A stretch of 64,000 nucleotides of DNA. Source: a virus. A model generated the notes under the pieces. That model made no database searches. It was not told where the DNA came from and saw only the letters and a program-made list of their open reading frames with translations. The stretch is taken from IMG/VR virus record IMGVR_UViG_3300031688_001339. One strand, 5' to 3'. This document shows positions 18,647-26,439 of this stretch, one piece after another. The position numbers were made by a program, and so were the translations under genes. The first letter of the stretch is position 1. The number at the start of each line of letters is the position of its first letter.

Positions 18647-19098
18647 TTAAATTTCAATATGATTTAGAAAAGATTAAGAAAGAGTTGGAATCTTTACCAG
18701 ATTATAACAAACAGTTATATCTGCAAGGTCACTCTAAAGATATGGATCCTGAAGAAGGAGCTGGCAAAGGTTATGATATAGACAGTAGCGAACACACATA
18801 TACTATTCCATTATTTGATATACCTTACATCAATAGTATAATGGAAGAACATAAACTTACTAGAACAAGATTAATGAGAATGAAACCTAAAGCATGTTAT
18901 CTTTGGCACAACGATTTAACAAAAAGATTACACATACCAATTGTTACAAATGATCATTGTTTTTTATTATTAGACAGTGATAGAATACACATACCAGCGA
19001 CAGGCGAGGCATATGTAATAGATACTACTAAATTTCATACAGCATTAAACTGCTCAAAGGAAAATCGTATTCATATTGTTGGAGGACTACCTTACTAA
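18643..19098 (+). CDS. Aspartyl/asparaginyl beta-hydroxylase-like Fe(II)/2OG cupin
   Basis: RTRLM, WHND (HxD), RLHIPIVTN, HTALN, RIHIV. Confidence 0.75.
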   Translation: MIKFQYDLEKIKKELESLPDYNKQLYLQGHSKDMDPEEGAGKGYDIDSSEHTYTIPLFDIPYINSIMEEHKLTRTRLMRMKPKACYLWHNDLTKRLHIPIVTNDHCFLLLDSDRIHIPATGEAYVIDTTKFHTALNCSKENRIHIVGGLPY

Positions 19099-20384
19099 TG
19101 TTATATGACGCTCTTATAACTTCACTACCAGGAATGGATAAAAGTAAACCTGCACCTGGTCCTTCTTTTTTAAAAGGATATTTAGAGACACAAGGATTTA
19201 AAATCAAAGTTATAGATGGCAATCAGTTAGATACTTTAGATAATATTCATAAAGAAATTGCAAAATATGATTTCAGATGGCTAGGTATATCTGTATTCTC
19301 TTATGAACAAAAAGATGACGCCTTAAAATTAGGTGAAAGATATGAAAATGTATTGTATGGTGGATCAGGTGTAGATATAGCATGGCCATCAAAATATTAT
19401 ATTACAGGAGAAGGAGAGTACGCCTTTGTAGAATTTTTAAATAACAATTTTGATTATCCTGGCATTAACGGAAAACAACCAAAACAAATAGAAGACATAG
19501 AGTCATTACCACCACCTGATTATTCAGACGTAATACAACAACATAACTATCGTAAATTTGTAATATCTGGTTCTAGAGGTTGCGTTAGAAATTGTACCTT
19601 TTGTGATGTTGCAAGTATATGGCCTAAATTTAGATGGAAGACAGGTAAGAAGATAGCAGACGAAATGCACCACGTATCAGAAACTACAGGTGGAAACAAA
19701 ATACATTTTTCAGACTCTTTAGTTAACGGATCAATGAAACACTTTAGGGATTTGTGTGCTGAGTTAGCTACTAGACCTAAAAAGATTAAATGGGAAGGAC
19801 AGTTTATCGTTAGAGCAGAAAAAACTTTCTCTAAACAGGACTTTGATAACTTAGCCAACTCTGGTTGTAATGGTTTAGAAATGGGTATAGAGGCAGGTAA
19901 TGAAGAAGTTAGAGATCATATGAAAAAGAAGTTTACCAATGAAGACATAAAATACTTTGTAACTAATTTAGGTGAACGAAATATTACAATGAAGTTTTTA
20001 CTTATTGTAGGTTATCCTACGGAAACGGAAAAAATGTTTGAAGATACTCTACAACTAATAAGAGACTATGCAAAGTATTCACATTTAATAAGTATATCAC
20101 ACCATGTTATGATGACCTTTAAAAATACACCATTAGACTTTGAACATAGAGAGTTGTTTGATAGTGAGTTTGGTTTTAAATGGAAGAATAAAAATTCAGA
20201 CTTTGATATAAGATTTCAAAGATTTATAAAAGTATATGAGTTAGGCAATGAATTAGGTTATAATTTCCAACAACATTGTATTGATAAGATAGAGAGATAC
20301 AAATCCGACAAACTTAATGAAAAAAGAAAGTCTATAGGATTTGCACACCCTAAAGCAAAGAAAACTTTACACGTTCAAAGTTAA
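19098..20384 (+). CDS. Cobalamin (B12)-binding radical SAM protein (class B methyltransferase-like)
   Basis: PAPGPSFLKGYL, LGISVFS, YGGSG, GEGE, SRGCVRNCTFC, GIEAGN, IVGYPTET. Confidence 0.85.
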   Translation: MLYDALITSLPGMDKSKPAPGPSFLKGYLETQGFKIKVIDGNQLDTLDNIHKEIAKYDFRWLGISVFSYEQKDDALKLGERYENVLYGGSGVDIAWPSKYYITGEGEYAFVEFLNNNFDYPGINGKQPKQIEDIESLPPPDYSDVIQQHNYRKFVISGSRGCVRNCTFCDVASIWPKFRWKTGKKIADEMHHVSETTGGNKIHFSDSLVNGSMKHFRDLCAELATRPKKIKWEGQFIVRAEKTFSKQDFDNLANSGCNGLEMGIEAGNEEVRDHMKKKFTNEDIKYFVTNLGERNITMKFLLIVGYPTETEKMFEDTLQLIRDYAKYSHLISISHHVMMTFKNTPLDFEHRELFDSEFGFKWKNKNSDFDIRFQRFIKVYELGNELGYNFQQHCIDKIERYKSDKLNEKRKSIGFAHPKAKKTLHVQS

Positions 20385-22165
20385 AAGTTCTTTTTTATTC
20401 CAAAGTTAAAGTTTCTACCATCTTGGTTATAACCATCTGGTCTTTCATAGTTTTCATCAAAAGCATTATTAAGTTTAGAGTATATTAAATAATCTCCAAT
20501 ATATTTTGAAACACCAAAGTCTACTGTTGTAACCTCTGATTTAGGAATAGTAGCATAAGTCACACTATCTATATCTAAATGTTCTCCATAATAATTTATA
20601 TTAGATGTTAAATTATAACCTTTGTACTCTGTATAGATACTTGTATTATTAATCCATTTTGGTTTTCTAGTTAAAGATGTTCCGTTACTTCCTTCAGAAA
20701 CTATCCAACTTGTATTATTCTTTATGATAAAATTGTTTATATCATAAGTCAATCCCATTTCAGCACCATGACGAGTAGATGTACCACTAATATTTTTTAT
20801 CGTACTGTCTTGGTAGTTTAAAAGATTTTCTATATCAATTTGAAAAATAGCTATATCAATTGATTTAAGATTAGTTTCTTCAAAATGTTTTTTATATCCT
20901 ATTTCGTAAGATTTACTTTCTTCAGGTTTTGCATTTTCATTACCTGAAAATCCGTAACCACTTGTACCATACATTTCATATAACGTAGGTGCTTTATGAC
21001 CTGTAGATATAGAACCTCTTATGCCGTTATGTTCAAAACCATATCTATGATTAGTAAAACTACCAAATCTTGATTGATCATCATATCTAATACCATAAGT
21101 TAAAAAAGTATCATTAATTAAATAGTCAATTGTTCCACTGTAACCATGTAAGTGACTTTTTTTATTAACACTTGGAACATAAGAACCAATGTTAGTGTTG
21201 AAATTAACATCTGTTATTTCATGGTCAAAGCCTGAAGTAAATGATAGATTGTCATTAACAGATTTTGTATTGTCTACATGAAAAGTTTTTACATTACTTT
21301 CATATAGGTCAGTGTCGCCAGATTTAAGATATGATCTTTTATGATCACTATTATTAAATGTAAAGTGAGTATCTTTATCAAAGTAATTAATTTGTTGGTT
21401 TTTAAAATTCCACTCACTAGTGTAAGCTAAGTTATCAGAACCAGAATTATCTAAACTAGAATCATTTTGTTTGTCTATAAAAATGGTACCTAAAGTATAA
21501 CCATTATCTAAAGTAGTTTCTGTATTAAGAAAGTAACTTCTATTATCATAAGGGTCTTTTTCCGCACCTTGAGGATAAACAGAGATACCATCACTAGTCT
21601 CATCTTCAATTCTAAAGTCTAATATAGTTTTGTGTTCTTCAAGGAATGTTCCTAATTTTATTGTTTTGTTCCATGTGTTATGAGAACCATAATCTAATGA
21701 AATTGAATTTTCATCACTAGCACAGGTTTTCATATTGATAACACCACCAATAGCTTCAGCACCATAAACTGTTCCCATAGGACCTTTTATGATTTCTATA
21801 GCACAAGTGCCTAATGTTCCGTGTTGTCCGATATCATCTGTACCACCGGTAGTTGATCTATCTTTTATTCCGATACCATTTAATGTTATTAATGTATGAT
21901 CTGAATCTGTTCCTCTGGTAAATGTAGAAGACAGTTGATTTTTAGGACCTGAAGTTACAATATTAAGTGAAGTACTTTCATTTAAATTTTCAGGACCAAT
22001 AATGTCATACGAATATGTTTTGTGTTGATGGTCGCTAGCAGTCCTTAATCCATGAATATGGAGGGTGACGACCAAGTTGCCATCATCGTCATAGTATGAT
22101 GGTTTTTCCTCATGTGCTAACGCAACGGTAGAGAAAAGAAGTATTGATAATAGTATTTTATACAT
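20381..22165 (-). CDS. TonB-dependent outer-membrane receptor, BtuB-like
   Basis: Signal peptide MYKILLSILLFSTVALA; TonB-box-like NLVVT; plug QLSSTFTRGTDSDHTLITLNG; IEIIKGPMGTVYGAEAIGGVINM; KAPTLYEMY; KPEESKSYEIG; C-terminal NAFDENYERPDGYNQDGRNF...F. Confidence 0.85.
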   Translation of the reverse strand: MYKILLSILLFSTVALAHEEKPSYYDDDGNLVVTLHIHGLRTASDHQHKTYSYDIIGPENLNESTSLNIVTSGPKNQLSSTFTRGTDSDHTLITLNGIGIKDRSTTGGTDDIGQHGTLGTCAIEIIKGPMGTVYGAEAIGGVINMKTCASDENSISLDYGSHNTWNKTIKLGTFLEEHKTILDFRIEDETSDGISVYPQGAEKDPYDNRSYFLNTETTLDNGYTLGTIFIDKQNDSSLDNSGSDNLAYTSEWNFKNQQINYFDKDTHFTFNNSDHKRSYLKSGDTDLYESNVKTFHVDNTKSVNDNLSFTSGFDHEITDVNFNTNIGSYVPSVNKKSHLHGYSGTIDYLINDTFLTYGIRYDDQSRFGSFTNHRYGFEHNGIRGSISTGHKAPTLYEMYGTSGYGFSGNENAKPEESKSYEIGYKKHFEETNLKSIDIAIFQIDIENLLNYQDSTIKNISGTSTRHGAEMGLTYDINNFIIKNNTSWIVSEGSNGTSLTRKPKWINNTSIYTEYKGYNLTSNINYYGEHLDIDSVTYATIPKSEVTTVDFGVSKYIGDYLIYSKLNNAFDENYERPDGYNQDGRNFNFGIKKNF

Positions 22166-22518
22166 AGTTTTCCAATTATTACACATATTAAAGTTGAAAC
22201 CAGTAAATTAAAATCAAATGGTATAGCCATAATATACGTTGTTAATAAATCGCCACCTGATTTATACCAGACAGCATAGTTAATAAGAACATGCCATGTC
22301 ATTACACCTACAAAAGTAGCATAGATTTCATTTTTAATAAATTTACTCGCAAGAACGAATAAGCACATACACCCATAAACAGGTATCATTAAAGAATGAA
22401 AGCCGATGAAAATATCCTTTATTAACAGAAAAGTCATTGGTAAAAGATATTGTATATAACGATTATTTGTAAGACTAGGTAATAATATAGCAATAGCAAA
22501 TAAAGGTGTCACATTCAT
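22117..22518 (-). CDS. Integral membrane protein, DUF6580/ECF S-component-like putative vitamin transporter
   Basis: Four to five hydrophobic segments; NVTPLFAIA, DIFIGFH, PVYG, INYAVW, YIMAIPF. Confidence 0.6.
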   Translation of the reverse strand: MNVTPLFAIAILLPSLTNNRYIQYLLPMTFLLIKDIFIGFHSLMIPVYGCMCLFVLASKFIKNEIYATFVGVMTWHVLINYAVWYKSGGDLLTTYIMAIPFDFNLLVSTLICVIIGKLCIKYYYQYFFSLPLR

Positions 22519-22526
22519 ATTGTATC

Positions 22527-22557
22527 TATTTATACACTATTTTAAATTAAAAGGCAA
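22527..22557 (-). promoter_or_regulatory. Promoter of the transporter unit: late TATAAATA (22527-22534) coincident with sigma70-like TTGCCT-N17-TATAAA
   Basis: Motifs read directly on the minus strand, 8 nt upstream of the ATG at 22518. Confidence 0.6.
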
Positions 22558-22568
22558 CCTTGAGGTCA

Positions 22569-22576
22569 TATAAATA
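22569..22576 (+). promoter_or_regulatory. Late promoter TATAAATA
   Basis: Exact consensus 5 nt before the ATG at 22582. Confidence 0.7.
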
Positions 22577-22581
22577 ACTGT

Positions 22582-22923
22582 ATGGCTGGAATAGCAAACT
22601 TAACTATAGACCAAGGGTCTAATTTTACATACGATTTAGAAGTAACTAATAGTGATGGTACAGATTTTGATCTTACTGGATTTACGATGGTTGCTAAAAT
22701 GTCTAAAGGTTATTCCTCTACATATCCTAGAACAGTTTTTACATGTTCAGTATCACAACCAACCGAGGGTGTCGTTACTATAAGTTTAACTGCTGATCAA
22801 ACGAAAGCTTTAAAGGCAGGTCGTCACGTATTTGACGTAGTTGCTACTCATTCGGATAGTACTGTAACTCGTTTACTAGAGGGAATTGTTATTGTAACTC
22901 CCTCTGTAGTTCTTTCTTTTTAA
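22582..22923 (+). CDS. Small virion structural protein (Ig-like, marine T4-like phages)
   Basis: ANLTIDQGSNF...ISLTADQT...RLLEGIVIVTPSV. Confidence 0.7.
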   Translation: MAGIANLTIDQGSNFTYDLEVTNSDGTDFDLTGFTMVAKMSKGYSSTYPRTVFTCSVSQPTEGVVTISLTADQTKALKAGRHVFDVVATHSDSTVTRLLEGIVIVTPSVVLSF

Positions 22924-24296
22924 GATTTAACAGGAGTTTTATTATACTCAAACGTTGCTTTGTTATCGCCTTTTTGTGCTAGACCAAAACCAGCTTTAGT
23001 CATAAATTGAAGTAACATATTCCAATTTAAACCAGATATATCGTCAAAAACCCAAATTGTTTGATCGGCTTTTCTTTCATTGAAGAAAACAGCTTCTTTT
23101 ATTACACTAGCAGTATCGTGAGGACCATCAAAGTGTATCATTTCATATTTGTCTAACATGATTTTATTTTCTTCGTAGATAGGAAAACCATCTTTGAATC
23201 TATTCATAAACTCTGTATCTTCTAAATTAATTAAATGAAACTCTGGATAATATTGAGCAAAGTTACCTAGTGCTTTTTGTCTCATTTTATTATCATAGTT
23301 GAATTTTTTTAAAACACCTTCGGAAGCTGCATAGTCAATATTACCATATGGATCTACACCTAAATGATTAGCTCTAACAGTTGGGTGATAATGTCTGTAT
23401 GCGTCCATAATAGTTTTACTTCCTAAACCTAATCTAACACCAATCTCCATACTTACACCTATAGGATTTCTTAACATTTTTACAGCTGTAGCTAAACTTC
23501 CATACTCTATACTATCGCCAGTGAAAATATCTCCTTCATTTACTTCTAATGAATACTTTCCAGTTACAGGATCAATACCTGGTGCTGTTCTAGCAACATC
23601 TTTAGCAGTTTTATCAAAAGGTTCTTCAACTGTCATAGTACCTGTCATTGGTGTCATTGGTGCCTGCTCTACAGCAAACATATCAACACCTTTATTAATT
23701 TGACCTACTGTGAAAGTACTATCACCTGTATGATCACAACGTATTGTTGTATCTGCCCATAATTCAAAACCTAGATTGCCTGCTTTTCTACAGAAATCAA
23801 CATCTTCGGATATTGTATTAGAATGATCAAGTGCTGAGTGATAAGTGAATTGAGGATAACCTACATCTTTTAAAACTTTTCCTTTTATAAGAACACAACC
23901 TAAACCACAAGCTGCAATTTTTATAAACGGAGTATCTTTACATTCTTCAAAAGTTATACGTTCATTTCCACCACCCTCTGGTCTTTTTTTATAAATTTCT
24001 AGTTTATGAGTGCCTTGTATTCTTTGAATATAAAGACCTGATACCATATCTTTGTCATGTTTGATCATTTTCTCTAACGTATCTGAAGCAAAAGATATAT
24101 CACTATCTACAGAAAACAAATAATCATAATGTTGACCCCATTCAGCAATTAAATTTCTTATTTGATCTACTTGATAACCAAAAAAGAATTGAAATTCAGT
24201 TGTATATCCTTCTGGTACTTTTAAATCATAAATTGCTTTGAACGTTGATGGTTCAATAAACTTGTTTGTTGGTATTGCTATCAGTATTTTTTTCAT
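22920..24296 (-). CDS. GT-A glycosyltransferase fused to a class I methyltransferase domain
   Basis: LFSVDSDI, GLGCVLIK, SEDVDFC; then MEIGVRLG, GVDPYG, HFDGPH. Confidence 0.78.
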   Translation of the reverse strand: MKKILIAIPTNKFIEPSTFKAIYDLKVPEGYTTEFQFFFGYQVDQIRNLIAEWGQHYDYLFSVDSDISFASDTLEKMIKHDKDMVSGLYIQRIQGTHKLEIYKKRPEGGGNERITFEECKDTPFIKIAACGLGCVLIKGKVLKDVGYPQFTYHSALDHSNTISEDVDFCRKAGNLGFELWADTTIRCDHTGDSTFTVGQINKGVDMFAVEQAPMTPMTGTMTVEEPFDKTAKDVARTAPGIDPVTGKYSLEVNEGDIFTGDSIEYGSLATAVKMLRNPIGVSMEIGVRLGLGSKTIMDAYRHYHPTVRANHLGVDPYGNIDYAASEGVLKKFNYDNKMRQKALGNFAQYYPEFHLINLEDTEFMNRFKDGFPIYEENKIMLDKYEMIHFDGPHDTASVIKEAVFFNERKADQTIWVFDDISGLNWNMLLQFMTKAGFGLAQKGDNKATFEYNKTPVKS

Positions 24297-26323
24297 TGTG
24301 TTATTATCCTATTTGCGTTTTTTGTTTGTTCGTTAGAGTTAATTTTATAGTCGTTTAGTGGATTTATATCGTTATAGTTATACACTACATCTGATACTAC
24401 TTTTACCTTGTCGGGATCACACTGCTCAATGAGTGTATAAAATATAGAACCATCGCCACCAGCTTTGTACCAATTTTTGTTTTCGTCTTGGAAGTTACTA
24501 TAATCTACGCCATCTAAAAGTTTTGCTTTGAAAGTTCTTAAATGTGTGTATGGCATATTCCAATTAAATTTATATTCTCTGTATTTCTTTTGTTTTTTTA
24601 TTTCATCTGGATAAGGTTGTGCTACTAAAGGTATTTTATCTACCATAGACCAACATGACCCATAAGAAAATTCTGTAGTGCCGTCATAAAGATTATTATA
24701 AAAGTGAAGTATCTGATTGTTATTAACTAGAGAGTCATCGCCATCTAGGAACATTACTATATCATCTTTATCACAATATTTCTTTATAGATTCTATTTGA
24801 TTACAAACAGCACCTTTGTTTACTTCATTTCTAATTACTTTAATATTTTCACTTTCATATTGTTTTGCAATTGAATATGTATTATCAGTGGAACAATCAT
24901 CAATTACTACCATTAAGTAGTTATCATAATCTTGTGTTACAACTGATCTAATACAGTTCTCTATATAGTTAGCCGAATTATAAGTCGGTGAGATTATAAC
25001 TATTCTTTGTTCTTTTTTTCTAGGTAAATAATTTTCTTCTTCATTTGTAAATCTTCTACCAAATACCGTTCTATGTCTGGAGTTTATATAACTTACCTTT
25101 CTATATTCTTCTTTAGATAAGTAATCTCCTAATTTATAAAGTATATGTTGTTTCCATTGTAAAGCTACTGAATCCCAACCAACAATACCTTTTATAAGAT
25201 TACAAGCATATTGTTTTTGTTGATGTAAATATCTATTATGATGAGACATCAAAACTGCATTGACAAATTTTTCTACTTGATGTGGTTGATTAATAAATTG
25301 AAATAAATTGTTTGGTTCAATTGCATAATCTATAAGATAACAAGCTTCTTGTACTGCTGTTTCTTCTAAAGCACCAAAACGTGTGGCGATTACAGGAGTA
25401 TTATATGCTAATGCTTCTAAAGTTGATATGCCAAATGTTTCAGGAAAGGCACCTGGAAATAATTTAAAACTTGCTCTTTCTAATATTTCTGCTATTTCTG
25501 ATTGTTTAATAATACCTGTAAATTCTATACCAAGCATTTTGTTTTTAGGATCACTAGACATTTTAGTCCATTCTTCTCCTTGAGCATCCATCTTTTTGCC
25601 TGGAAAAACATAAAATCCACCAATGCATATTAATTTTGCCTCTGGTATCTTTGCCTTAATTTTTGGCCATATATCGTTAACTAGAGGTGCCATACCTTTC
25701 GTGAAAGCTGCATTAAAAACGTATAGATGAGGATCTTTTTTTCTTATGTCAACATCATTTTTATAAGTTACTATACCATTTCTAGTTTGAAAGAATTTCT
25801 TTTTTAAAACTTCAAAATTTCTTCTTTTACCATGATCACAGTTAGTTACATAAGTTGAGTGAAAATCAGATAGAGTAAATACTTCATCTATATGTCCACC
25901 TACAACCAAGTCTTCCAAATAAATATCTCCGTTTGCAAACGTATCGTGCATCCATACTATTTTATGTTTTGCATAATTTTTTATTGCAGAATATCTTTGA
26001 GGATTGTATTGAGCAAACTGATTATACATGTTAGGTGTTAAGAAAGGAATTATTGTTCTTAATGATATTACAACATCAAATTTAAAATCACTCTTATAAT
26101 CAAGTATAGAGTTGTCTAGATATTGAACACCATCATAGTTTCCTTCTTTTGCAAGATTAGGATCTTTTGAACAGTTATTGAAGATTGTTACTTTAAAACC
26201 TAGTTTGGCAAGGTTTTTAGCCATTAATATTGTCGCTGATTCGGATCCACCGAGACCTCTTTTCTTTAAAGTATCTCCATCGTATGGTAACCCTATTATA
26301 TCTAAAAATGCTATGGTTGTCAT
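24293..26323 (-). CDS. GT-B (GT4-like) plus GT2 fusion glycosyltransferase
   Basis: LGGSESA, WMHD, ETFGISTLEALA; then SPTYN, IDDCSTD, FLDGDD. Confidence 0.88.
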   Translation of the reverse strand: MTTIAFLDIIGLPYDGDTLKKRGLGGSESATILMAKNLAKLGFKVTIFNNCSKDPNLAKEGNYDGVQYLDNSILDYKSDFKFDVVISLRTIIPFLTPNMYNQFAQYNPQRYSAIKNYAKHKIVWMHDTFANGDIYLEDLVVGGHIDEVFTLSDFHSTYVTNCDHGKRRNFEVLKKKFFQTRNGIVTYKNDVDIRKKDPHLYVFNAAFTKGMAPLVNDIWPKIKAKIPEAKLICIGGFYVFPGKKMDAQGEEWTKMSSDPKNKMLGIEFTGIIKQSEIAEILERASFKLFPGAFPETFGISTLEALAYNTPVIATRFGALEETAVQEACYLIDYAIEPNNLFQFINQPHQVEKFVNAVLMSHHNRYLHQQKQYACNLIKGIVGWDSVALQWKQHILYKLGDYLSKEEYRKVSYINSRHRTVFGRRFTNEEENYLPRKKEQRIVIISPTYNSANYIENCIRSVVTQDYDNYLMVVIDDCSTDNTYSIAKQYESENIKVIRNEVNKGAVCNQIESIKKYCDKDDIVMFLDGDDSLVNNNQILHFYNNLYDGTTEFSYGSCWSMVDKIPLVAQPYPDEIKKQKKYREYKFNWNMPYTHLRTFKAKLLDGVDYSNFQDENKNWYKAGGDGSIFYTLIEQCDPDKVKVVSDVVYNYNDINPLNDYKINSNEQTKNANRIITQ

Positions 26324-26361
26324 ATTATTAGTATCAATTTTATTTTTAATTCACTACAGTT

Positions 26362-26373
26362 TATTTATAAATA
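26362..26373. promoter_or_regulatory. Overlapping bidirectional late promoter (palindrome TATTTATAAATA)
   Basis: TATAAATA on both strands, between the divergent glycosyltransferase and fibre genes. Confidence 0.75.
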
Positions 26374-26439
26374 TACAGTAACACAAAAACAAATAAATGT
26401 CAATGCTTGGACATATATGAGGGGAAATAGTATCGCACA

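Noticed and set aside
22519-22581. Cobalamin riboswitch upstream of the BtuB-like unit
   Set aside because: Only about 60 AT-rich nt, occupied by divergent promoters; no B12 box is visible.
2292-26323. Island as host contamination or a chimeric join
   Set aside because: Its units start at phage late promoters, a virion gene (22582) lies inside it, and paralogues of its radical SAM pair occur beside gp23; read-level confirmation was not possible.
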